Source: Minisyncoccota bacterium
GTDB taxonomy: Bacteria; Patescibacteriota; Minisyncoccia; Phycocordibacterales; UBA6065
DNA: 64,000 nucleotides
Direction of reading: 5' to 3'
NCBI GenBank assembly: GCA_041661645.1
Contig: JBAZUA010000002.1
Location: forward strand, 19,670-83,669
How positions within the stretch are numbered: the stretch's first letter is position 1; every line of letters begins with the position of its first letter. A program made the position numbers and the translations under genes. Below, in pieces: positions 17,406 to 27,300 of this stretch. The notes under the pieces were generated by a model. That model was not told the DNA's origin. It did no database searches and saw only the letters and a list, made by a program, of their open reading frames with translations.

Positions 17406-18734
17406 GTGTCGGCAAAGGCTGTCGGTAGGCCAGTGTTCAACGAGCTTGTGAAGATGATTGTCTTGGGAAAGGCCGATGCGATTCTCTGTTGGAAGCTCGA
17501 TAGACTTGCGAGGAACTTCATTGACGGAGGACTTGTGATCGATTCTCTACAAAGGTCTGTCATTAAAGAAATAAGAACCTACGAATCAATACATCTTCCA
17601 AGCGATAACGTCCTCATGCTTGCCGTTCAACTTGGAATGGCGAATCAGTACATCAGGGATTTGAGCGTGAACGTGAAGAGAGGGAATCGAGAGAAGCTTT
17701 CCCGTGGCGGTTGGCCGAATCACGCCCCGTTCGGGTACTTGAATAACAAAGCGGACAAAACCATCGTCATCGACCCAATTAGGGCAAAGTACGTCCTGCG
17801 TACCTACGAGCTGTATCTATCGGGTACTCATGGCCTGAGAGATATTGAGAAAATTCTTTACGAAGAAGGGTTGCGGTCTAAGTCAGGAAAGCGAGTGCTC
17901 ATAAACCAGATTCACAGGATTCTATCCAGTCCCTTCTACACGGGCCTCATGGTCAGGGACGGAAAGTATTACGAGGGAAAGCACGAGCCAATTATCTCCA
18001 AGGAGACTTTCGACCGAGCGCAGGACATCCTGAACGACAAGGCCCGCCCAAAATCCAAGACTCTCTTCTTTCCGCTTCGTGGCTTCCTCAGATGCGGGAA
18101 TTGCGGTTGCGCCCTCACGTCCTCGCTCAAGAAGGGTCATCACTATTATTACTGCACCAACGGCAAGAAAATCTGCACCGAGCACAAGACATATCTCAGG
18201 GAGGTTAAGCTTTATTCCGTTCTGTCAGAGATATTCGGACATCTCGATTTTACCGAGCGAAAGATAGAGCTCATGTATCAGTCGGCGAAGGAAAGAACGG
18301 GCATCGATAGCACGTATTCGGAAAGGATAATAGACGGTCTTCAAACGAGCCTAGAATCGCTCAAGCCGAAGGAATCTAGGATACTCGACACTTTCCTCGC
18401 AGAACAGATTTCAAAAGAGCTGTACGACCAGAAAAGCCTCGCAATGCAGAACGAGCGAATCGCCCTGACGAAGCAGTTGAAAGAGGCCCAGTCGAAACAA
18501 ACTGCCGTAGCTTTGGAACCCATCAAGGAAGTCTTTTTAACGGCCAGCAGAGCCAAGAAAGAGTTTTTGGATGGAGATGACGCCAAAAAACACACGATTC
18601 TCAAAAACCTACTTTGGAACCTTTCCATCAAAGACAAAAAGGTGGCTTCGTTGAAGCTTAAAGATGTGTTTGAGGTTATGAGGAAAGCACCGAAAACCGA
18701 CGATATTTCTACTCTGTTGGCGTTCTCGGGATAG
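17406..18734 (+). pseudogene. 5'-truncated large serine recombinase. The catalytic Ser region is missing. The recombinase domain, zinc ribbon and coiled-coil are retained.
   Basis: It aligns with the intact paralog at 32653-33924 from GRPVFNELV / QRPVFKQLL onward. An in-frame TAA lies 11 codons upstream, so the roughly 85 N-terminal residues including the YARxS nucleophile are absent. The track start is a GTG. The C-terminus runs into repeat A and repeat B. Confidence 0.6.
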
Positions 18735-18786
18735 AACCAGACTGTGCCAATCAGGGCAAGGTGGTTCGGTCGTCGGTCACTCCATC

Positions 18787-18807
18787 AAATCGACCCGTCC
18801 TGAGCGA
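18787..18807 (+). repeat. att-like core repeat B, copy 2.
   Basis: Identical to 13765-13785. It lies 52 nt after the recombinase stop codon. Confidence 0.55.
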
Positions 18808-18812
18808 CCTGT

Positions 18813-19205
18813 TTATAGCTTGGAAACTAGTTCTTTAAGTTTCGCCGACGATTCGCGGGCAAGGAACTCCTCCTTAGTAAGCCATTCGAACTGGTCATGT
18901 TCATAGCTTAGGACTACGTTCGTGGAAACTGCATAAGCTTTGTATCCTATGCCGATCCAATATTCCTTCTTCTTGTTATATGAGCCTATTGCGTCAACAA
19001 GCTGTAGATCTTTGACCTCGATACCGACCTCTTCTTGTATTTCTCTCAACATGCTCACTTTTAGGTCTTCGCCTTCCTCAACTTCTCCACCTGGGAGGTC
19101 CCATGTAAGAGGCCTGCTTGGATCAGTCGCCGAGCGGCGTATGGCCAAAATCTTTCCTTCCTTATTCAGGATCGCTGTCTTTTGAGAGGCGTTGATGTTG
19201 GTCAT
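18813..19205 (-). CDS. NUDIX hydrolase.
   Basis: Nudix box GGEVEEGEDLKVSMLREIQEEVGI. Confidence 0.75.
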   Translation of the reverse strand: MTNINASQKTAILNKEGKILAIRRSATDPSRPLTWDLPGGEVEEGEDLKVSMLREIQEEVGIEVKDLQLVDAIGSYNKKKEYWIGIGYKAYAVSTNVVLSYEHDQFEWLTKEEFLARESSAKLKELVSKL

Positions 19206-19218
19206 GCTGGAAATCAGA

Positions 19219-19608
19219 TTAAGCCTTCAAGCTACCATCAAGAAAAGCTTTCAAGCCGATAAGATCCTTTTTCCCGTGATCGTAGAAATAGGTATTGATT
19301 CCCGCAGATCGAGCACTCTCTACCGCCTCTATGCTGTGCTCAAAGTAAACGACATCATTCTTGCTCAACTTGAAATGGCCGAGCATCAGCTCGAAGTACT
19401 TTGGATCGGTCTTCATGGGATTGCGTCTGAGGGTGAAGACTTCAAATGGCACCTTGTTCAATCCGAACTGCTCGAATTTATCATCGGGTGCGTTTGTGAG
19501 GATTATCTTTGTGTTGGGATACGAATCGAGCAGTACGCGCATCTCCTCGAAGATTTTTCCCTGATCTGAAACAAAGCAATCTACCGCGTCTACTAATATG
19601 GTTTTCAT
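19219..19608 (-). CDS. HAD-superfamily hydrolase-like small protein.
   Basis: The C-terminal FEHSIEAVESARSAGI resembles the HAD-IA motif FEDSxxGxxAAxAAG. The N-terminal ILVDAVDCF is a degenerate motif I. Confidence 0.4.
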   Translation of the reverse strand: MKTILVDAVDCFVSDQGKIFEEMRVLLDSYPNTKIILTNAPDDKFEQFGLNKVPFEVFTLRRNPMKTDPKYFELMLGHFKLSKNDVVYFEHSIEAVESARSAGINTYFYDHGKKDLIGLKAFLDGSLKA

Positions 19609-19624
19609 TAATTCAGTATACCAA

Positions 19625-19643
19625 ACCGACCTATCCTAAGCGA
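19625..19643 (+). repeat. att-like core repeat B, degenerate copy (accgacctatcctaagcga).
   Basis: It shares 15 of 19 positions with copy 1 and the upstream ataccaaa context. With the 18787 copy it brackets the NUDIX+HAD pair. Confidence 0.4.
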
Positions 19644-19649
19644 TGATTT

Positions 19650-20006
19650 TTAGTATTCTCGCTTCTCAAAATTTATTTTTAGAGATACTAGAAAGTTTGT
19701 GAACCAAGAGCTGTAAAAGCAAAGATATGTAATCGCTATTAGATCGAATAGGTAGAAAAAGACCTTATGCTTAGCAGGAAAGGAAGTAATCTGAAACACC
19801 GCTGAAATTAAAAGTGTGATTATTGCTCCGGCCCATACCGCGAAAGAATCTCTGCTCTCCTTGCCTCTGGTCACGATGGCCGATTTCCCTCGGGTTAGGT
19901 CTATCCAGCCAGTGAATATCAAAGTTATCAAGATGACTGCCTGTAGGATTGTAAACCAGAGCTGATCACTGGTTAAAAGTCTTGCAATATAATATACGTT
20001 TTCCAT
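19650..20006 (-). CDS. Hypothetical membrane protein.
   Basis: The track ORF starts at a TTG (20057). An internal ATG gives a protein with about 4 transmembrane segments. The gene is AT-rich. Confidence 0.35.
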   Translation of the reverse strand: MENVYYIARLLTSDQLWFTILQAVILITLIFTGWIDLTRGKSAIVTRGKESRDSFAVWAGAIITLLISAVFQITSFPAKHKVFFYLFDLIAITYLCFYSSWFTNFLVSLKINFEKREY

Positions 20007-20075
20007 TTCTTCGGTTGGTTTATAAAAGTGACAATAGTGACACGCAAGCTTCTTCAATATTACACTCGACTGTCA

Positions 20076-20642
20076 CTAATTATAGACGCACAGCCCGTCG
20101 ATAATAGGGTTTATCACTGAATAGACTTGCCAGATGATGAGACTCGCGCCGAGGCCGTAGGTAACGAGGGCGAGCCATGAGTGCCTGCCCTGGTTCGCTT
20201 CCTTGAAGACATTCACGATTCCTTTACGTCTCCACTCCTCTTTGGCGTGCTCGTCGCCAAACAGCTCCCTGAACATTGAGCGCCCGAACTGGGCTATTAC
20301 ATACAGCCAGCCGATGCCTATGAGTGTCGTTACGGAATCATTCACCGTCCGTGCGGCCTCGGGCAGGTCGCAGTAGGATTGGCCGATGTAGATTATCAGG
20401 CTGAGGCCGACGCTGGCGGCGAGGAGGGATCGGAAGACGGCGTAGCCCGCCATGAACCAGAGAATTGAGAAGAACGTCCCGAAGACGATCAGGAACACCG
20501 TGGGCCCGATGGCCGTGAAAAACGGCGTCGCGATCATGAAGGTCGAGACGGCCGCAACACACAGGACGAATACGGAGAACGTCTTCAGATTCTTCTTGTT
20601 CGCCCTTATCTTTTCTGACAGTAGGTTTTTTATGAATTTCAT
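20076..20642 (-). CDS. Hypothetical polytopic membrane protein (188 aa).
   Basis: ATG start and several hydrophobic helices. I recognise no motif. Confidence 0.45.
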   Translation of the reverse strand: MKFIKNLLSEKIRANKKNLKTFSVFVLCVAAVSTFMIATPFFTAIGPTVFLIVFGTFFSILWFMAGYAVFRSLLAASVGLSLIIYIGQSYCDLPEAARTVNDSVTTLIGIGWLYVIAQFGRSMFRELFGDEHAKEEWRRKGIVNVFKEANQGRHSWLALVTYGLGASLIIWQVYSVINPIIDGLCVYN

Positions 20643-20646
20643 GGGT

Positions 20647-21957
20647 TTATCTTTTCTTTAGGCTCTTGCGACTGATCTTCTCCTCGGTTTCTTTCTTCTT
20701 CGCCTCCTCGCGGGCTTTAACCTCCTCTGGAGGCACGACGCGCAGGTGCTCCATTATTCCATATCCCTTAAGGTGCTCGCGCGGATCGACTAGCCTGTAC
20801 CACTTCTCGACGGTCGTCCAGTCCTTGCCGTCCTTCCTCTGCCTCACGGACTTCGATTCGACGAGATCCTTCGGCGGGAGGAAGCCTTTGTTGTCCTCCA
20901 GCAGGAAAAGCTCGACGTGGACGCCCTCGCCGTACTTGCTGACCGTTCTCGCCCTGATGATGCCGTCTCGGAGCCATTTCCTCAGCGTCTGGCCCTTGAC
21001 GTTGAAATAGTATTCCAGATCGAACTTGCTGTACCAGCTGCCCTTGTCGCTCGCGAGGGAGGCGGGTATCTCCCCGCCGTCGACGGCCTTCTGGCAGACG
21101 AGGCACTTGATGCCGTGTTCGTCGTACCAGTTGTCGCCCTCGGGGGTATGGTCGCCGCAGACGAAGCAGGTGTATCCCGCTCCCTCTAGATGGAAACCCT
21201 TCGGGTTCTGCCTGAGCCTCTCCGCGCGGGCATCCTCCTTCTTCTTGAATTCCTCTATGAACGCCGATGCCCGCTCCATGTTCCACTTCTCCTCCTGGAA
21301 CTTCCTGCCCTCCTCGTCGTTCATGCAGAAGCGGTCGCGGTCCCTGGAGAAGTTCTCGTCGATCTCTTCCTCCTTCCTTTGCGACCATTCGATCTCGTCT
21401 TTCTCCGCGTACCCGCACTTCGGGCAGGTGCGCGTCGTGAGAAGCCTCTTACCGTCGTCGTCAGTTTCGCTCTTGAGAGGGGCGTTGCAGTGCAGGCAGA
21501 GGCTCGGCTTTACCCTCCATTCTTCTCCGTCCGAAAAGAACGCTCGGCGTGGCACGCACTCGTTAGCGCAGTCGTACATGAACAGCACTCGGTCTGGCTT
21601 TCCCGACTCGGGCCACAGCTCCTTGAACGTGGGCTTCAGGCGGTTCCTGCACGCGAGGCATCGGATGTCCTCTGGCGCTCGGGCCGATTCGTACAGTTCG
21701 TCTCTCTCCTTGTCGGCGTCCATCCAGTCGCGGATTGTCTTCTCCTTGTTCAGGTACCTTTCTCCCATCTGGATGTGCAGGTACCAATCCAGAGCGACCC
21801 TCCTTATCCGAGCCGCCTCTTTCTTGTCGATTTTATCGTCTACAGGTAAGTCCGTGTCGTCTCTATCGAAAGACTGTTCTGTCTCACGGCACCGCTTGAC
21901 GGTGTGGCGGTCGTAGAGATCTATGTAGTGCTGCTTGGACTTTAAGTGCTTCTCCAT
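20647..21957 (-). CDS. Multi-zinc-ribbon protein, hypothetical (436 aa).
   Basis: At least three CxxC...CxxC pairs: CLACRN...CANEC, CLHCNA...CPKCGY and CFVCGD...CLVCQK. The N- and C-termini are charged. It is 4 nt from the next gene, so it is in an operon. Confidence 0.5.
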   Translation of the reverse strand: MEKHLKSKQHYIDLYDRHTVKRCRETEQSFDRDDTDLPVDDKIDKKEAARIRRVALDWYLHIQMGERYLNKEKTIRDWMDADKERDELYESARAPEDIRCLACRNRLKPTFKELWPESGKPDRVLFMYDCANECVPRRAFFSDGEEWRVKPSLCLHCNAPLKSETDDDGKRLLTTRTCPKCGYAEKDEIEWSQRKEEEIDENFSRDRDRFCMNDEEGRKFQEEKWNMERASAFIEEFKKKEDARAERLRQNPKGFHLEGAGYTCFVCGDHTPEGDNWYDEHGIKCLVCQKAVDGGEIPASLASDKGSWYSKFDLEYYFNVKGQTLRKWLRDGIIRARTVSKYGEGVHVELFLLEDNKGFLPPKDLVESKSVRQRKDGKDWTTVEKWYRLVDPREHLKGYGIMEHLRVVPPEEVKAREEAKKKETEEKISRKSLKKR

Positions 21958-21972
21958 GGTCTCTGAATTAAC

Positions 21973-22848
21973 CTAATCTTCCCATAGTTTGTCGCCATAA
22001 GGATCTACTATTTTACCATCGGGATTTCTGACCTCGAAATGCACGTGAGCAGCCGTTCCTCCCGTCTTCCACATTTCAAAGTTTCCGCTTTGTGCGATAA
22101 GTTGACCTTTTTCTACGCGGCAAGATTTATCCTGACTGTTTACAATCAAAGTTTCCAATTCATCGGTTAGTTTTGTGGAGTGCCTGAACCATGTAACAAA
22201 ACCGTTGTCATGTTTAATGTAAATCGAATGATCCTTTTCCCAGCAGGCGCCATATATCAAATCACTTCCTTGGATCGCTCGGTGCAGCTCTCCATCTGCG
22301 GGTGCAATAATAGGTGTCCCTGGAGAATAAGGAAAATCATATCCCGCGTGACCGTCATACTGCAAAGTGCATTTGCCCCCATCGGATCCCACCCCTACAT
22401 AGTTGATCTCCTTATTTGCAAAGAACTCACTCTGGTTTTCTTTTTGGTAACCACAGGGTTCTACAGGGCACTGTTTACCGAATCCGACCTCTCCATTGAA
22501 AGCTTTTACTCGCTGGTCTTTTGCAGGTTTACCCCAAAACTTCGTACTCTCTGGATCGATCGCCGTTCCTGAATGGTCAACAACAGCACTTATTCTTACT
22601 GTTCGCGAAGTAAGGGGCTTACCGTCAGTATGATTTCCTCTAATTGGGCAAATAAGGAAGCTGGTCTTTATCGGTTGAAGGACGGTTTCCTGTCTAATTT
22701 CTATGGGTACATCGACAATCATTTGCGTCTCCTTTGCTTCAGGATTTTTTGATAGAACAGGTTTGTTGATTACAAACGGCTTCGCACGCAATCCTTGCAG
22801 GAAAGCCATCAGGGAGTTGAGGATTTTTTGTAGATTGTTTGGTTGCAT
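21973..22848 (-). CDS. M23 (LytM-type) metallopeptidase domain protein with no signal peptide.
   Basis: HAGYDF (HxxxD) and GGTAAHVHFEV (HxH) motifs lie in the C-terminal half. An N-terminal domain of about 150 aa is of unknown function. Confidence 0.65.
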   Translation of the reverse strand: MQPNNLQKILNSLMAFLQGLRAKPFVINKPVLSKNPEAKETQMIVDVPIEIRQETVLQPIKTSFLICPIRGNHTDGKPLTSRTVRISAVVDHSGTAIDPESTKFWGKPAKDQRVKAFNGEVGFGKQCPVEPCGYQKENQSEFFANKEINYVGVGSDGGKCTLQYDGHAGYDFPYSPGTPIIAPADGELHRAIQGSDLIYGACWEKDHSIYIKHDNGFVTWFRHSTKLTDELETLIVNSQDKSCRVEKGQLIAQSGNFEMWKTGGTAAHVHFEVRNPDGKIVDPYGDKLWED

Positions 22849-22867
22849 GTGAAGCGGTGAGTTTATT

Positions 22868-24361
22868 TTATAGTGTTATGTCGTAAAGATGTTTCCAGAT
22901 GGCATACATGGCATAGGTATCCAGACCACAATAAGTTTTGAGATCCTTAATGATAGTCTGTTTCGACTCAGGAGAAATTAGGGACGACACCATGGTCCAC
23001 CAAGCATCCGCGGCCTGTCCACCCTCACGGATGTTAATATCACCATAACGCAAATCAGGCACAATCGCAGGAAGTACTTTTTTAATGGATGTCTTTCCAC
23101 GGAAATCCGGATGAATATAGTGCTGAGCGGTAAAAATCTCCTTCAGATCGTAGAGGGAATCATTAATCTTTCCGAACAGTTCTTTGTATTGAGGCAGTCG
23201 TAAGGCGATTTCGTCATTTACGCCCGCTTCGTATGACTTATGCCAGGCGATAAATGTACCGCCGGGAACAAAGTTCTCTTTAAGAATTCGTCCCACATGC
23301 TCCGAAGGGTCACTTAGGTCTTCGTGTAGAAATTCCACGTGCTCTGGTTTGCTCGTTGGACTCTTCAGAATATGCAGGGAAAATTGGAAAGGGATTCTCT
23401 TATAGGGGCTGAATCCATTAAATGCCGGAATCGCTGGACCATATGCTTCATAGTCAAAAAAATAAAGTGGGAAGCTCAACTTGCCTAAAATATCTTTTAT
23501 CGACCCTTTGTCAATTATTGGTTCCTGCCGCTCGTGAGCTAAAATCTGATTTCTCTGATTTTCTGAAAGTGCGAACTCCTCAGGAATATCCTTAAGATCA
23601 AAGATACCGCCTTCAATAAGAAGGTTGAGCTTTTTCTGACTTATATACGATATGTCGTGGACTGAATATTCAGGCACATGCGAATTGGAATACTGAAATG
23701 TCGCACAGTGCTTTTTCCTGCCGCGGTAGACACACTCGCAGCTACCCAAAGGTTCCTCTGCGCGGTTCAAATATTCACGGGCAGCCGCCATCTGCTTTTC
23801 AACACCATCAAGGACGGCTTTTACCTCTTCCGTCTTATCTTCAACAATAAAAAGCTTTGGGATGTCGAGGTCTCCCGAGCGGACGTACTCTTTGTTTAGG
23901 TGGACTATGTAATAGCTTCCGAGCGGAACTCCAACTCGCTTCAATACAGAGACTTGAAAAGCAACATCGTCGATATGGCTATGATCAGCGTCATGCTCCT
24001 TCACGGAGTTTCCTCCCTTAACTTCATACAGATCCCATACGCCAGTCACTTTGTTGAATGAAAGCATGTCGTTTCTCGCAATGAAGCCATCAACAATGAA
24101 GGTCGCCTGGAAAATCGTGGGCATCTTAGAATCCATTAGACGTACGGTTTCATGGCATGCGCCTTCACCGTTTGAAGACACTGCTATGCCACCGGGAAAT
24201 AAGTTGCGGGCACAGGATTCAACCTCGTTACCTTGCTGCATCAGATGTTTTTCAAAATCAGAGAGCTGAAATTTCTCAAGCAGAACGGGCTTGTGGAGCT
24301 TGAGCCACATATTCTTAGGGCAATAGAGATAATCGAGAAATATTGTTTTTGATATGCTCAT
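22868..24361 (-). CDS. DUF2779-like fusion of a RecB/Cas4-like PD-(D/E)xK nuclease and a DEDD 3'-5' exonuclease.
   Basis: The N-terminus FLDYLYCPKNMWLK and a Cys cluster (CECVYRGRKKHC) resemble Cas4/RecB-type nucleases. The C-terminal FFDYEAYG...GLDTYAMYAIWKHL fits DnaQ-like Exo motifs I and III. It lies 10 nt downstream of the SNF2 gene. Confidence 0.5.
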   Translation of the reverse strand: MSISKTIFLDYLYCPKNMWLKLHKPVLLEKFQLSDFEKHLMQQGNEVESCARNLFPGGIAVSSNGEGACHETVRLMDSKMPTIFQATFIVDGFIARNDMLSFNKVTGVWDLYEVKGGNSVKEHDADHSHIDDVAFQVSVLKRVGVPLGSYYIVHLNKEYVRSGDLDIPKLFIVEDKTEEVKAVLDGVEKQMAAAREYLNRAEEPLGSCECVYRGRKKHCATFQYSNSHVPEYSVHDISYISQKKLNLLIEGGIFDLKDIPEEFALSENQRNQILAHERQEPIIDKGSIKDILGKLSFPLYFFDYEAYGPAIPAFNGFSPYKRIPFQFSLHILKSPTSKPEHVEFLHEDLSDPSEHVGRILKENFVPGGTFIAWHKSYEAGVNDEIALRLPQYKELFGKINDSLYDLKEIFTAQHYIHPDFRGKTSIKKVLPAIVPDLRYGDINIREGGQAADAWWTMVSSLISPESKQTIIKDLKTYCGLDTYAMYAIWKHLYDITL

Positions 24362-24370
24362 AGGAGCGGG

Positions 24371-27300
24371 TTAATTTTCAAGCCACCCATTGTTTAGTCG
24401 CTGGCCTTTGGCGATTCGTCCGATAACTACTCCGTCCTTGATTGAATAAATAAATCCTGCGTGTCGAACTACTAGCCTTAGCATGGTCCTGATTTCCATG
24501 CAGATTGCCAAGTTGCTCCCATCGGGAGACATCTCTGCCGCTTCGATCTGACACTTTCCCTTACCCAAGATCTTTGACGCTGCTGTAATTGCAGAAGGCC
24601 ATATTTCGGATTTATCCGCTTTTCGGTTAGTTCCCTCAAGAAGCTTCACGAGTACTTCCAGGCGATTTTGTTCACCAGAGATGACGTATTCAAAATATAC
24701 AGAGACGCCTGTTAGGTGACAGGCCCTAAGATCATTCGGATGACACTTGCGCCCACTCCATGCACACGCCTTCGCTTCGGCAGGGGCGCAGAAATCACCA
24801 GTAACGGACCTCACCCCTTCTTCTTCGAGCATTCTAGCATCGGAAATACTGCTTGAGATAAAGAATTTCTTCAGTGCTTTCTTTCCAGATACGGCACTTT
24901 TCTCAAGGAGGTCAGGGAGCACCATCTTTCCCGATACCGTACAGCTTTCAAGCATTCCAGGCATTACAATCTTGCCAGTCACCTCACACTTTTCCGCCTC
25001 ACCTGGCAATAATGGCTTATTGGTCTCGGAGCAGAATGTAAACTCTTGCTTATGGCCTGATTTGCCCGATACGGCAGAGCGTAACTCCTCGTCAGTACGA
25101 TATTTCTTTCCTGAAACTTGGCTAACCGCCAATTCTGTCTTTAGAACATCCGTCAATGTAAACTGGCAACGTCCGAAGAATTCGGGTTCTGCCTGTTTGC
25201 CGCTCATGTCCGATTCTTTAAGAAGGGTGCTTACGATCATGTGTCCTGTGATGGCGGATTTTTTGACCTCATCTTCAAGCACTCGCTTACCACTTAAGTC
25301 GCAAGTAACCATATGATTAGAGAGAGCCAGTCTTCCACTGGTGTCTGACTTCGCAAGCAGGTGGTGTAATGCCTTGAGGCCGCTTATTTCGCACTTAGCC
25401 AGACAATCTTCAGGGACTGTTCTGCCGGTCTGGGAGCACTTTCCCATGATAGGCCCATCGACGATCTCATTTGCAGAAGGGATAATCGTAAGATTGCTTG
25501 TCTGGTTAGTATCAGAATCGATGCTGTATGAGACAGATACCTTCAACTTTCTTCGAGCCGCCCCTTCTAAGCCAACAAGGGAAAACTCAAGAGTGGGGGT
25601 AAAATCGCTCTCTATCTTTTTAATCTTTCGCTGATCATAGCCGGCGGAATTAATCTCGTCAGCCAATCTCTCCCTGTAGAATCTACAAAATTCCATTACT
25701 CCAGAATCAGAATTTGCCCTTTCAAGCAGATTCTTCACATTCACGCCGATCGACGAGGGTTCTTTTAACGGATTATTTATTGAATCAAAACCAAATCTCG
25801 TCTCGTCGCTAAAATGCTCGTTTGGAGAGCAGATCACCTCGATCAATCTTTCGTAGCTATCATGCGCAACAGTCACGCGCGCCCTCACGAGTGCGGAACC
25901 GCTAAAACAGCACGACGTGCTCTTCGTATCAAAACCTTTAAGCTGACCGCCAAATTTTTCAACCCAACTTTTAATCAATATGTCGGCCTGTTTGGACGAA
26001 TTCGTATCCGCATCCTTAACAAGGTGCAGTCCTTTGCCTGTTATTTTTCGTACCAGCCTTTCAAAAGAGGGCGTGCCAGGACCGTACAGTGTGCTAGTAA
26101 ATAGAGTTCCCGCACCTCCTGCATCCGTTTTATTTTCAAAACGGATCAACTCTCGCTTTCCGTCTAATTCCGATATATGAAGGTCAGAGGCTTTTTCGTG
26201 AGACAGCTTAGCACCTATGCTTTCGAGAGCCTTCAACGTGAAATCACGGGCCTCCATGGATTTAACGGAAGGTGGCAATTGCGGAACCTCGGGTCCCACA
26301 TCTCCTCTCATATCTCCGAGCAGTGAGTTTATATTTTTCTCTTCTTTCTCAAGCTGTACCTTGGCGTCTGATATGCTTTTAGCTGCCTTTCGAGTAGCTT
26401 CTTCGATGTCTTTACCGGCAAGAGAAGCCACCACAAGCTTTCTGATTTTTTCTTCGAAGCCATTCGTTCCGTCTTCCTCTTCATCGATTCCCGATGCTTC
26501 GAGCAACGCTTCAACATCACCAATAGCATGAGAGGCCATTTGTAGCTTCTCCATAAGGCGTCCAACGATATATTCCTCGAATGTCCCCTTGAGAACAATA
26601 TTAAAGATACAAACCTTTTCATGTTCTGAGGCAAGGCGTTGTATACGACCGATTCGCTGCTCTACGATCATTGGATTCCAAGGGAGATCGTAGTTTACAA
26701 GCACGTTCGCAGCCTGAAGGTTAACACCTTCGGAACCAGCTTCGGTAGAGATGATCGCGTGAATCTTTGGCGGTTTCGTTTTGAACTTGCTGATCGTATC
26801 CTGATTGCGGCCCGCTGAATCGCCGTTAATGACATCGCAGGTAACGCCTCGCTCTTCAAGAAAGGCTTGAATTGTCGTCTGGGTTTCTCGTCGGCAGGTA
26901 AAGATCACCATTCGCCAATCTTTTGGCTGTTCTGATTTGAGTTTGTCGACCAGTGCGCCCAAACCCTCTAGCTTTGACGTCACGAAACCGCGATCAACTA
27001 TCGCTTTAACCTGCTCGGCGAGTTCCTTAGGAACCGTTTCTTTTTTTGCCATAGCCTTTAGCTGTGCGGAAACGGCATGAGGGCTGCTTATGAGAGCCTG
27101 AAGTATAGAAATCTGGGCGAGACGGTTCAGTTTTTGAATTGACGCGCCAATGATCTTAATAAGCTCCTTTTCATGTTTGGTAGGTTCGACGGTATGGAGT
27201 TGAACCACTCGCTCTGGAAAGTGCAGATTGGCATCTGCACGTCTAACTCGAGACATATATCCGTAGACAATGGATCGGAACTCATCCTTCATCTCTGGGT

